Assembly: GCF_018977255.1 (NCBI RefSeq)
Contig: NW_024704742.1
Location: forward strand, 73,038,001 to 73,102,000
Origin: Callorhinchus milii
Taxonomy: Eukaryota
Direction of reading: 5' to 3'
DNA: 64,000 bases
How positions within the stretch are numbered: position 1 is the first letter of the stretch; each line of letters opens with the position of its first letter. The notes beneath the pieces are model-generated. The model was not told where the DNA came from, made no database searches, and saw only the letters and a program-made list of their open reading frames with translations. Below, piece after piece: positions 52,396-64,000 of the stretch. Both the position numbers and the translations under genes were made by a program.

Positions 52396-52802
52396 GTACA
52401 TCTTATTAGGTGTAGAGAGTTGACGGGGTGTATTCACGTGAAGAGTTGACATTAGGAAAGATCATTCACCCCATTGAAGCTCACTGTTCCATTCTATTAA
52501 ATGGGTTGAAATCATGCTCCTGTTGACGGTGACAGTGAATGCCCGTAAACTGTGTTGTGTTGAGAAAGCTTCAGTTTATCTTGGCGAGTAACTTGTAGTT
52601 TTGTGAGCTGAAAGTTCCTGCACAAAAGACAGTTTTATCCACGGCCCCTTTTTCTCGCACTTTCACTGGCAGCGTTTCAGCTTCAGTGTCAATGACGAGT
52701 TGTGTTGAAATATCCCATTAAAATAAAATGTTTTCAGTGAGGTAAGGAGGCGTGGGCTGCAGAGTGTGGTAGAGCTCTGTTTTAATGTGTGTTTATTTTC
52801 AG

Positions 52803-53010
52803 ACTCCGTTGCACTTGGCAGTTATCACAAGGCAAACTGAAGTGGTGGAGCTGCTGCTGAAGGCTGGTGCTGACATGAGTCTCCTGGATTGCCACGGTAA
52901 CTCAGTGCTACATAAGGCTGCAGAGCAGGGCGACGTAAAGACTCTGAACATATTGCTGAACAAGAAGGGCAAAGCACTGACTGACCTCCTTGCTTTGCCA
53001 AATAATGCAG
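52803..53010 (+). CDS. NFKB1: p105 exon 14, ankyrin [24 protein letters not shown]...LPNNA
   Basis: tttcag acceptor, gtgtgt donor, 208 nt. Confidence 0.95.
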
Positions 53011-53877
53011 GTGTGTACCACTTGGAAAGAGGGACAGGAACAAGAACTCAGTGTCTGAGTTAGTGCTGCTGATTGCTCAGTGCCCTTTCGTTTCTTGGAT
53101 AAAGGCATTTATGTGCCAATAAACTTATAACATTCTACACTGATGGAAGAAAATTTAGAGGGAAGGGGGGCTGTGACTACAAAAATATGTTAGACAGTAT
53201 ATTGGAATGCATTCAAAACATGTTTCCTGCTGTGTGCCTGTATGTGTTTGTGGTATTTATCGTTACACCATGTATGATGGTTTTATGACAATGCTTTGAT
53301 GCACCAGAAGGCACATTTGTTTGCTGGCTAGTAAGAGAAGAGAGTTTTCCCCCCAGTGTCCTGGCCAACAATCCCCCAGATAAAATTGGCCATTTACTAC
53401 ATGGCTGTTTGTGGGAGGTTGTTGGTAGAAATTAGCTTCCGCGTTCGCCCACAAAATACAGTCAAACCACTTTATGGTATATTTTGTGAAGTGCATTGAG
53501 ATGTCTCACCGACATGATAGGAGCTTTATTAAATGTAAGCAAGAATATATGATTATTCCAGTGAATGCAAAGCCTAGGTCATGCGCTTATCCTTACCGCC
53601 CAAAACCTTTTGATAAGATTTTACTGCATTTACTTTAAACCTTTTCTATTTTGCTTTACAAATTGTTTGCAAATCATTTTAGTGGTTGTTTCTCCCATTT
53701 AGAATTTTGAAGGACTGGGTGGCGTCTAACTTAGTGGAGACGGGGTGTATTTGATGTAGTGCATTTTTCATTCAATGCTTAAAGAATACTCTGTCAACCT
53801 ATTTTACTAGATTTTGTTACATCTGTTTTGTGTAATGACTTTGCTCTCATATTGTCCCATGTTGCATTGTCAAAAGT

Positions 53878-54207
53878 GGAGTCCTGTAGCTCAGTGGTTA
53901 GAGCGCTCGTTTTGCAAGCGAGAGACCTGGGTTCAATTCCAGGCAGAGGGCGAAACCTTGGGCAAGTTTCCTTACTCCACACAGAGCCTAATAATAATCC
54001 CTCCAAAAAAAAAACAATAATAAATTGGTCATTTTCAATCCATGACTGTTTGTGGGACATTGCTGTGCACAATTGGCTGCCGCGTTCGCCCACAAATATA
54101 CAGTCAATTCACTTTACAGTGTGTTCTGTGAAGTGCTTTGGGACGTCCTCCCGACGTGAAAAGCGCTATATCAAATGCAAGGATTATTATTATTATTATT
54201 ATTATTA
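53878..54207 (+). mobile_element. tRNA-Ala-headed SINE, short subtype, near intact
   Basis: Same as 12484-12813. Confidence 0.92.
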
Positions 54208-54499
54208 AGTGTCATCCTTAAATCGAGATCCTATCTGCCTGTTCAGATGAACATTAAAGATCCTGTGACAGTATTCAAAAGAGAAAGGACTTATTCTGGT
54301 GCCCTGGCCAACAACACCCCAGATAAAATTGGTCACACACTTTATTGCTGTTTGTCAGACATTGCTGTGTGCAAATTGACCTCCGCCTTCGCCTACAAAT
54401 ACAGTCATTACACGTCACACTAAATTCTGTGAAGCAGTTTTGATGACATGGGCTATAACAAATGTGAGGATTATTATGCTACTGCTATTATTGTTTCAG

Positions 54500-54669
54500 G
54501 ATGTTATGCCATTCACCTGGCAGTGCTAGCCAACAGCTTGCCATGCTTGAGGCAATTGATTGCAGCTGGAGCTGCTGTGGATGCTCAAGAGCAGCGGTCA
54601 GGGCGAACTGCGCTGCATCTAGCAGTAGAGCAGGAAAACATCTCCTTGGCTGGTAGCCTTCTGCTTGAG
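54500..54669 (+). CDS. NFKB1: p105 exon 15, ankyrin [25 protein letters not shown]...[23 protein letters not shown]
   Basis: tttcag acceptor, gttagt donor, 170 nt. Confidence 0.95.
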
Positions 54670-55309
54670 GTTAGTACAGGTGGATTGGAAATAACTCCTG
54701 GTGCAGCGGACATGGTTATGGTTTTGGTTCCATTGCATGCATTTGAATAAACTGAGGTCCAAAGTTGTTACCTGGAGTACTGAATAAAGCTCTTTTATTG
54801 CACTATGATCTCCTAGCTAGGTGTTTAGAGCAAGTTTATTTTTGTAACAGCGTTGAAGCAATTAGCCTAACTGTTGCGTTGTGCGTTTCTGAATGCAGTG
54901 TCTACTCGTGGTGTCAGCCTAGCCAGCTGGAAGCACTCTCTTACATTTGACTCAGAGGGTTGTGAGTTGAAACTAACAAAGTTGGGACTTCACACTCATA
55001 TAATCTAGACTGATGCTACAATGCAGTGCTGGGCATGTGCTGCATTGTATGAGTTACCATCCTTCAGATGAAATTTTAAAACAAGGTCCCATCTGCTTGT
55101 TCAGTTGGATACTGAAGACACTGTTCAAAAACAGCAGGGAGTTTCTCCCAGTGTCCTGACCAACTATCCCCTCAATTCCCCTCACTCTATGACTGCTCAT
55201 AGGAGATTGCTTCATACAAATCGGCTGCCACATTTCCCTACAAAATACATAGTCACTCATTGCACTTTATGGTAAATATTGTGAAGCACTTTGAGACATT
55301 GTGCTTGCG

Positions 55310-55695
55310 CACTAGTCTCGCAAACGAGAAGACCTGGGTTTGATTCCCGGGCAGGGCGAAACCTTAGGCAAGTTTACATAATCTTCACACATGCCTCTGA
55401 TTCCCCAGCAGTAAGTTGAAATCCGGTGGTTAGGGTGGATCGCTTTCCAGGGAAAATAATCCCTTGAAAAAAAATTGCTTACCCAATCCACGGCTGTTTG
55501 TGGGACACTGCTGTGTGCAATCGACTGGCGTGTTTCACCCACAAATTACGGTCAATCCACTTTACAATATATTCTGTGAAGCGATTTGAGGCGTCTCACC
55601 AACGTGAGAGGGCACTATACCAAATGCAAGGATTATCATTATTATTATCGTCCCGATGTGAAAGATGTTATATCAAATGCAAGGATTATTATAAC
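55310..55695 (+). mobile_element. tRNA-Ala-headed SINE, long subtype, with duplicated tail
   Basis: gacctgggtttgattcccgggcagggcgaaacc head, two successive aaatgcaaggattat tails. Confidence 0.8.
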
Positions 55696-55806
55696 AATTT
55701 AGCCTCATCCAATTTGCAATGAGACTTTAAAATAAAATGTTTCACCCGAACTCTTTACTGAATAAAGCAAAATTGACCTTTGCTGACGGAAATCTTTTCA
55801 GCGGTG

Positions 55807-55822
55807 ATCGCCCTCTGGTGGT
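55807..55822 (-). promoter_or_regulatory. Candidate CTCF site
   Basis: Minus strand ACCACCAGAGGGCGAT fits the CTCF core. Confidence 0.5.
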
Positions 55823-56320
55823 GAAGATATGAACTTTTGGATGAATCAGAACGCAATAGGACAAAAACAGGCCATTCAGCTTATCAAGTCTGCGCTGGTG
55901 TGTTTTCTCCAAATGAGCCAGCTATTCTAATATCACTTTCCTACTCAATCCCCATATCCTTTAATATTCTTTTACAAGTGAATTCCCTCTTAAAAGAACC
56001 TTTGAAATTTGCTTTGTATTTCCAAGCCAGAAGCATCCTGTGTGGACAGTATGCATAGACCGCAACAGACATACTGTTTGTAGGTCTCATACTTTTTTAG
56101 TTCATTGCCATTTTGCTGTATAAAATTGGTCTGCACAGTAATAGTTTTGGCAATGGGAAATCTATCCATTCATATTTGTTACTGGTGAGTTATCAGTTAG
56201 CAGCAAGAGTGCAAAACAACCTGTTCATTATTCACTGAATTGCTGCTGTGACCAATTTAAAGACTAATTTTAATCTAGTCTGTGATGCCACTTAGTCTCT
56301 GGTTTGCTTGAAACCCACAG

Positions 56321-56423
56321 GGCAATGCTGAGGTTGATGCCATCACATTTGATGGTTGTACTCCACTTCACGTAGCAGCAGGAAGAGGCTCAGCAAAGTT
56401 ATCAGCCCTACTAATGGCAGCAG
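56321..56423 (+). CDS. NFKB1: p105 exon 16, ankyrin [34 protein letters not shown]
   Basis: ccacag acceptor, gtacgc donor, 103 nt. Confidence 0.95.
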
Positions 56424-56428
56424 GTACG

Positions 56429-56549
56429 CAGTGTGATGTGCCTGTGCATACAGTGTGATGTGCCTGCGTGTACAGTGTGATGTGCCTGCGTGTACAGTGT
56501 GATGTGCCTGCGTGTACAGTGTGATGTGCCTGCGTGGACAGTGTGATGT
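56429..56549 (+). repeat. 22 bp minisatellite, 5.5 units
   Basis: Unit cagtgtgatgtgcctgcgtgta. Confidence 0.95.
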
Positions 56550-56804
56550 TCTTCAAGAATCTTCCAGTTCCTCATCTAAGTGGATGTTCTATGCAATTGG
56601 TGAAGTAGTCCTGACAGTGAGTATGACAGCCATCTGAGGCCACGGTTGAGATCAGCAAACATTGAACAGACCAGGAGTCAACCCTACTGGAGTGTAGGGC
56701 TAGTAACCTACAGTGTGTGTGGCCACAACGAGCTGTGCCTTATTTTCTATGATGAGTTATTTTAGTTCTTGAAGTTAATTTACACATTGTGTTGTGCTGC
56801 TCAG

Positions 56805-56929
56805 GTGCAGACCCACATATAGAGAATTACGAGCCGTTGGATGACAAAACAGAAGAGTTTCTGGAAGAAGGTGATGATGAGGGTATCTTTCACGGGACCA
56901 AACCTTTAGACATAGCAGCCACTCAGGAG
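56805..56929 (+). CDS. NFKB1: p105 exon 17, GADPHIENYEPLDDKTEEFLEEGDDEGIFHGTKPLDIAATQE
   Basis: gctcag acceptor, gtaaga donor, 125 nt. Confidence 0.95.
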
Positions 56930-57134
56930 GTAAGAGAATCTTAACAGCTTGTTATATATTGCATCTTGGCAATGCATCAAGTTTGTTGCAAAGATATTCT
57001 GTTAATGCATTCTGCTTTTAAAGGTACAGTTGCAACTTACATGTACGTGTTCATTTGAAAAACAATTCACTGCAGAAATTGCCAAAGGAGATCCAGTGAG
57101 TGTGTCACAGTTACCCTATTCTTGCAGTCCGTAG

Positions 57135-59260
57135 TAATGTGTAAATAATATATATGTATAACTATATAATATTATTTAAGTTAAATGGGGAGGCCTGCTC
57201 CTTTAAATGGATTTAATTGCAGAAGCTGTTTGTAAAAGACTTAGCAAACAACATACATGAGGTACCCGAGTTGCAGCAATGTATAGGTCTCGGGCTGTTT
57301 AATTGACAGTCAGTTAACAAGCAGCCTGGAGAGTGGAGAACACATTAGCGTAAGCGCAGGAAAAAGCCCTCGTATTCGCATCATACGGTGGCTGGAGCCA
57401 CCCGCCTATAAAAAGCAATGCTCAGCACTCCTTGTGGTCGCTGTCTAATGGTTGTCCAGTACAGACTGACATATACAGGATTACATGTCGGGTTGGTTTA
57501 AATCTATTTTACCAGTGTAGTATTGTGCTGCCAGTTGTTGTGTCAGTTATATTTGATTTCATTGTTGTTTATCTTAAATTGTTGTGTTCCTTATATGCAA
57601 GGTAGCCTAGGGTTGCTAGGTCTTAATAAAGAGCTGTTGTTTCTACCGAATGTATCCTCGAGTCTCTGTAATATTCTAAAACAAGAAAAGGAGTAAGCAC
57701 TTAGAGAGTAGCTGTCGACATTGAAGTTCTGGTGGTGCAAGCAGACTCCAATTAGACCTCCCAGGTACCCGGCATTGGAGTTAACTGGGAATACCAGTCT
57801 GTGTGTGACTCTTGACTTGGTTGAGTCACCTTTGAAACGGACTCACACCGACAGGGTTAGGAGAGAGCAGAAGCCACTTAGTATGAAAGCATTACTAAAA
57901 TTTGCATGTACATCAAGTAGTGAGAACCGTCGCAATTGGCGCCCGACGTGAGGCTCGAGGACATTGACGTAGAACTTCGCAATTGATTTCTATTAGAGTA
58001 TAAGGATGATGATAGATGCAGCAAACGACCAGGACAAATTACTAACACCCAACAATCCGCATTCCACGAAATATACAAGACAAACCCACCAAGAAACACT
58101 TCTGATGGGCGAATAGCTATATGAACGAGGCATAGCTACTAACTCAAGAGAGAATCAGGGTCGTTGGCATAAGAAAACGTAATGAGTCTGACGCAAGAAT
58201 AGAATATTTAGTATATAGAGATTTGGACAGGCAGAGCCACTGAACTGAAGAAATTAAAATGTTAAGATTGGCCCAAAGAGGCAATTGTAACTGCAGTAAC
58301 AGAAGTATATATTGCAGCCGAGGGAGGGCACAAGGTTAACCGACTCAAATAGAGAAAGCAAATTAAAACAGACCTCTATTCGGGTGAGCAGTTTAGGCTC
58401 AACTATACCTGGCTCTTTGCAGCCCAGCATTGTGGCTTGAGAACGGAGATCACCAGCTTGCTCAGGGACTAGGAGATCCTATGTGGAGGGTTCTTGGGGC
58501 ACAGTGTGGGAGACCTAGGTGCTGAGTCTGTCCAATCAACTTCTGTGAGCAGAAGATATTATAGTGCAATTAAGGTTAGATGACGCAGAGCAGCTTTCCC
58601 AAATAACGGAATTAAAAGCACAGTTCAGAAGTAAGAGACTCTTAAACAAGAGACCAGAAGTTTTTGTGAGTGCATATTGCATGCGGGTAAAAGCCCACGT
58701 GGTAAGTGATAATGGTGTACAGCTGGGGAATCACTCACACACAGAAAGTGTGCTAGGGCTTAAATCCTTGACCGGCATCATGCCCGAATTTAAAGAAATT
58801 GAAAACTGGTTGGATTCAGTGGTAGCGATAGTGAAGGTGGTAGTTTTACCGAGTAAAACCACTGTGCAGATTTATTTGTAATCAGTAATTAACAAATGGC
58901 GGAGGAACCTGCTCAACCCCAAGGGAGATAATTTGGTCATGACGCTTAGCGAAATTAAACAAACAGTTGTACGAGAAAAAGGCTTCCAAAGAAAATAGAC
59001 CAGATTAGGGCGTTAGGAAAGGGGCAGCCCCGAGTGCTAGCGTCCCAAATTACCAAACTATTTTCAAAAGAAAATGTTTCTAATGGGAGAGATGTTTCTA
59101 ATGGCACTGCCACCAGATAGAAAAAGTTCAAGAGAACACAGAGCCGAGCTCAGAAGAGGGAAAGCGAGCGGAAAGTATTGATTTTAACCACTTATCACAT
59201 AATGTGGGCAATGCGCGGAATGGACAACTCGGGAATGTGACGGCAAATTCGAAATGGTTA
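57135..59260 (+). mobile_element. Degenerate LTR retroelement / ERV 5' part: putative LTR (~57135-57934), tRNA-Lys PBS (57937-57954), decayed gag-like region
   Basis: TATAAAAA 57407, AATAAA 57625, ...CA-AT-TGGCGCCCGACGTGAGGCTCGA; A-rich downstream region with ORF 58564-58881 (IMPEFKEIENWLDSV). LTR start and 3' edge uncertain. Confidence 0.65.
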
Positions 59261-59651
59261 TTTAGCAATTACCTTGATTAAGAGATGTGGGAGCGTGAGC
59301 GAGAGTGTAACGTATGATTTTGAGGACCAGCCGTTTGAATCACAATGGTCTTTTCCAGTCCAATGATCCAACTCCTCTGAATGCAGAACTCACTGTAGAA
59401 GGTGATGGGCCTTTAACTTTAGTTGAAAATTAGTGGAATTGATGCGATTGCTTGTAAGCAGCAACTGAGGTTCCTAGTATTCAGGCTACATTCGTCCAAA
59501 GAGTGACAACTGCTGATCATCTTCCTGACTTTATCACAAGTGGCTGAGCTGCCCTGTTGTTGAGTGTAGACGCCTTAATGCCATTCCTTCAAGCCCCTTC
59601 CACTAGCTGGTTATAATCAGACTGATGTTTCGATGTCTATTCTTTTTGCAG

Positions 59652-59718
59652 GTTTATGAAACACTGAATGGTAAACCGTACCAACCCAAGAGTGGACCTG
59701 CTCCAACTTTCCCACAAG
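59652..59718 (+). CDS. NFKB1: p105 exon 18, VYETLNGKPYQPKSGPAPTFPQ
   Basis: ttgcag acceptor, gtgcaa donor, 67 nt, LNGKPY motif. Confidence 0.92.
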
Positions 59719-59884
59719 GTGCAATTTGATTACATTAATTAATCAATTACATTAATTATGTAATTAACCAATAGGAAAGATTAGTTGTTAATTACCTAAT
59801 CCAGAACCGCTGTAATTCTCCCTTATACATGGTTTACACGTGGTGCATAATACACCTGTGCTTACACATAATTTATATTATACG

Positions 59885-60227
59885 CAAGATCACTTTGCAA
59901 GCGCAATGACCTGGGTTCCATTCCCGGCTGTGCAAAACATTGGGCAAGTTTGCTTACTCCACACGCCTCGGTTTATTTAGCAGTAAGTAGGAATCTGACT
60001 GTTAGTCAATTGGTGGATCGCTTTTCTGGAGGTAATAATCCCTTCAAAATAAATAATAATGTGTTCACTCACTCCACGACTGTTTGTGGGACATTGCTGT
60101 ATGCAATTGGCTGCCGTGTTTAGCCCACAAAATAAACAATCAATTCACTTTACAGTGTATTCTGTGAAGCACTTTGAGACGTCTCGAAGACATGATAAGG
60201 CGTAATATCAAATGCAAGGATTATTAT
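59885..60227 (+). mobile_element. tRNA-Ala-headed SINE, long subtype
   Basis: ctttgcaagcgcaatgacctgggttccattccc head, central block, tail. Confidence 0.88.
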
Positions 60228-61005
60228 ATGTGGTGCATAATGGATCTCTTTTTCAATCTTGGTGACGTCTTCATATTAACATTTAAGAGTGTTTTTCTTC
60301 TCTGGCTAAAGTTTCTTGATAGACGTAACATTGCCACATTGGATGTCATGGCTGTATAATTGTTGATGATTCCTCTAATGCAGCCTCAGAAATGAGAGCT
60401 CTTTGCCATGGCAGATAGTGAGACAATATCCCCCAAAGGCATTTAATCACAAGATTGAATTGAATGAAGAAGGCCCTTCAGCCCATCTGATGTCGTCCTT
60501 CCAGAACCCCGACCCTCCTCACACAGTCTGCCCACACCTCAAGCAGAATATCAGTGATCGAACATCCCTGTTTCAGACCACGGTATTTCAAGGGTTTGGG
60601 AAAAATACATCAGTTCAAAGCTTTTAGTTACATTCACTTGGCTAATTTGACAGTGTGGATGAGATAACAAAAAGCAAATACAATTGATGATCACAAGATT
60701 AGTCTGGATGGCAAAGGCCCTTCAGTCAATCCGATCTCATTCCTCCAGAAATTCACCTTACCGTGCCTGTCTTGAAATCGCCCCTTCACCTGTGCCCTTT
60801 TGTTTTGTCTTAATACATCTTAAATTATTGATCTGGGTTTATTGTTTCAATCCCATTTAGAGGTCCCTTAATATGTTATGAAGATGAACCAGTTTATGAA
60901 AACAGAATATGCAGTGGAAACTTTGTGATTTCAGATGATTTCAAAGTGATGTTTAACTGTTGCTTTCAATTGAGCGCAAGTTTTTATATGTATGTATTTT
61001 ACCAG

Positions 61006-61178
61006 GAGATTTGGGTCAACTGGATGTGGAAGCAAAGCTAGAGCTCTGTAAGCTGTTAGAGGTGCCTGATCCAAGCTTGAACTGGATGACTCTCGCACAG
61101 AAATTGGGCCTGGGGATTCTTATTAATGCTTTCAAACTCAGCCCTTCCCCATCAAAGACACTGCTGGATAACTATGAG
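61006..61178 (+). CDS. NFKB1: p105 exon 19, death domain [58 protein letters not shown]
   Basis: taccag acceptor, gtcagt donor, 173 nt. Confidence 0.96.
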
Positions 61179-61470
61179 GTCAGTTGGCTTTTGTTTCCCT
61201 CAAAGATGTAATTTGTGTGAACTGAATGTCTGTCTGTGTGCTAAAAATGAGACATTGTAGCATCAATAGGTTATAATAGTTTTGATTATTCAATGTAATC
61301 TGTTGGTGGATCATAGAATAGTCCCATGGCTCGGACACTACTAAAGGCTTTATGATTCATGATTGAAGTTTCAGATTCTGTTGTTACTGTAGAATGACAA
61401 GTTTTTATCTAGTCCACTTGCATCTTTAGAGCCATTCCACTAAAGTGGGAGTCTTAGGCTTCTTTAATAC

Positions 61471-61783
61471 TAATAATAATCCTTGCATTTGCTATAGCGC
61501 TTTTCACGTCGGGAGGACGTCCCAAAGCGCTTCACAGAATATACTGTAAAGTGAATTGACTGTATATTTGTGGGCGAACGCGGCAGCCAATTGCGCACAG
61601 CAATGTCCCACAAACAGTCGTAGATTGAAAATGACCAATTTATTATTGTTTTTGGTTTTGGAGGGATTATTATTAGGCGTGTGGAGTAAGGAAACTTGCC
61701 CAAGGTTTCGCCCTCTGCCTGGAATTGAACTCAGGTCTCTCGCTTGCGAAGCGAGTGCTCTAACCACTGAGCTACAGGACTCC
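61471..61783 (-). mobile_element. tRNA-Ala-headed SINE, short subtype, near intact
   Basis: Near-identical reverse complement of 12484-12813. Confidence 0.92.
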
Positions 61784-62607
61784 ACGTAAAGAGCTGTAGC
61801 CTCCTCTAATCACCTACTTTTTATGTCATAACCTTAAGACCTTTTCGACAACCCCAATGATTCCCTCCCCTCCCTATTCTCCCTTGCATCCAATCTCACC
61901 ACAGTGCTGCAATCTGAGATGCCATCCTGCATAAAGGGTGTCGAATAAATGCAAGTTGTTGCAGTTGTTAATATGAAAGCTAAGACTCCTATTCTTTACC
62001 AAAATCTCAAACCTGTAGATCTGTCTTTTATTAATTCTCAGCGCATATCGTGCATTGTAGTTAGTCTCTGTTTTACAATTCTCATTTTACTCCACTGAGT
62101 GTAAACGGACAGCACTGACTATCTGAAGGTGTTCAGTAATGCATCCACTTCCTGCAACACTTACTTTGCCACCAACAAGAGTTAGTCAGACTCATGTTAG
62201 GGTATTTTGTTTAATTTCAATATTAAAGATGGAACCACTGAAACTTAAAACTCCATTGCAGTTGTAACCCCTGTGTGAATTGACTATGATAATTGAAACT
62301 TAAATTTATTGACCACATGTGTTCCATCTTGTATGTTTACTAAAAATGTTGTTCTTTGCATTCTGATTGTTAACATTCAATCAGAATGATCATTCCAATT
62401 TACTCCAGGTTACTGCCCAATTTATTTTCCTCCTGGGATTATGTTTCACATGCTGCTACCTGCAAGCAATCCTCCTTGGAGTAAAATATTTCATTTTCAG
62501 GAGCAACTTAAGAGTGTAACTTTTTAATATTAATTTATCATGTAGATTAATTATCTGTAATGCTAGGGCTTGTGTGACTGAAATGATTTATTTTGGCCAG
62601 TATTATA

Positions 62608-63252
62608 CAGTGGAATCTGTTTAGCTGGACGCTGCTTAACACCAGATGTCGGGTAAATTGGATGAAATATCTGGCCCCGATTCATTCGTATTCTTACATG
62701 TTTTGAATATGCCGGTTAATTCAGATGAAAATCCCATTAATGCGGACAAAATGATGCACTGGTCACCACTGCGTCTCTTCACTCTGTGTCTCGAGCGGCT
62801 CCAATCAGCCACGAGTGCCTCTGAGATTGAGATGGGAGGATTCACATTGTGATTGGCAGCAAACTCCAGCAATCCATTCACAAGCAGTTACGGACGGTCA
62901 ATCAGGGAGGGGTCGGAGGAACGGGGAAGACACAAGGGAGGGAATGGGAGGAGTCAAATGACGATTGATTGACAGTGGACTCCATCCATTCACAAACAAC
63001 AACAACAAGATTCCATTTATAGAGCGCCTTTCACGTCGGGAGGACGTCCCAAGGCGCTGGACAGTTGGGTCAGGGCAAACAGCTCTGAGGGGCAGTGACT
63101 GCATCCGGTGAAAGGGGAGGGGACCAATTAGCGGTGACTGAGGTGATTGACATCTCCCAGGAAAAGATGCTCAGCAGAGGAGACGCATTCTGAGCAGGAA
63201 GAGAAAACAAAACTCCCTGTTCTGATTCGTCCGACTAAAGCTAATTCCACTG
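62608..63252. mobile_element. Tc1-mariner/pogo (Tigger-like) MITE with nested L2 tail (~62995-63075, minus)
   Basis: TA-CAGTGGAATCTGTTTAGCTGGAC ... GTCCGACTAAAGCTAATTCCACTG-TA imperfect TIRs with TA TSD. Confidence 0.85.
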
Positions 63253-63763
63253 TATTAGGAAATCAATGAAACTAACCAAATAATGGCCTGCATATAAATT
63301 AACCAAGAGAAATGTACAATATCTCAATAAAATACAGTATATTATTTTATTCAGCTATGCAATGTTGCAAAAATAAGTATATCCTAACTTTTGATCCACA
63401 TAAAGAAGTATGTGGGTCAAAAGTTAGGATCTAAGGATTCTAACTGCTGTATAACTATAGTTTGTTTGCTTAAGAATGCTCTCTTAAATTAGTATTGCAT
63501 TTTTACTCATTTTTACTTTTGATTATTAATTCTAGTTTTATTACAAACCAGAATTAAGTAATTATATAATTATAACCAACAAAGTCCTGAAGCCCAAACT
63601 TGTTGGTTGACCTACCTCTCTTACTCTGCTTAGCTTTGGTGGTATCCTGCACTAACACGCTCAATATAAAACATATTCCCCCCTAAAGAGTATTTGTTTT
63701 GTCACTTTTCTTTCCCCCTCAATGATTAATACAAAGGTTGTTTTCTTCTATTATTTTATACAG

Positions 63764-63902
63764 GTGTCTGGTGGTACTACTACAGAGCTTGTGGAAACTT
63801 TGAAGTCCATGGGCTACATTAAAGCACTTGACGTAATCCTTAAGGCACTGACCAAATCAGAAGACACAAGATCAGAGGAAACTGTTGTCCCAGAAGAAAA
63901 CA
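63764..63902 (+). CDS. NFKB1: p105 exon 20, death domain end VSGGTTTELVETLKSMGYIKALDVILKAL...PEEN
   Basis: atacag acceptor; donor gtaaga at 63903 is the best candidate (3' edge less certain), 139 nt. Confidence 0.85.
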
Positions 63903-64000
63903 GTAAGAACCACTCTCTGTATTCATTAATAGCTACAATAATTTACATTTGTATAGTGCTATGTCAGGAGGACATCTCAAACAACTGACTGGGAGCCTAC

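Noticed and set aside
47900..56549. CRISPR-like arrays at the two tandem repeats (47900-48045, 56429-56549)
   Set aside because: Head-to-tail units without unique spacers in a eukaryotic intron; these are minisatellites

Overview
Eukaryotic genomic DNA, most likely from a cartilaginous fish (inferred from the repeat content). The window lies entirely inside one plus-strand gene, NFKB1 (NF-kappa-B p105/p50). I traced 20 consecutive GT-AG coding exons (737-63902, 2571 nt, phase-consistent, no stops). They encode the Rel homology domain, NLS, glycine-rich region, ankyrin repeats and death domain; the start and last exons lie outside the window. The introns are full of transposable elements: L2 and CR1 LINE fragments, a tRNA-Ala-headed SINE family, SacSINE1/DeuSINE-like SINEs, a full-length decayed hAT transposon with TIRs and TSD, MITEs, and a degenerate LTR retroelement with a tRNA-Lys primer-binding site. 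Most worth follow-up are the sense-oriented LTR/PBS/gag remnant, intronic kB/CRE/AP-1 clusters (possible autoregulation), a CR1 with a twin-priming-like inversion, a SINE that shares its 3' stem-loop with the local L2, several long fold-back structures, and an unclassified ~480 bp repeat. No novel protein-coding system is evident. Coordinates were counted by hand: exon edges are exact to my reading, repeat edges approximate.
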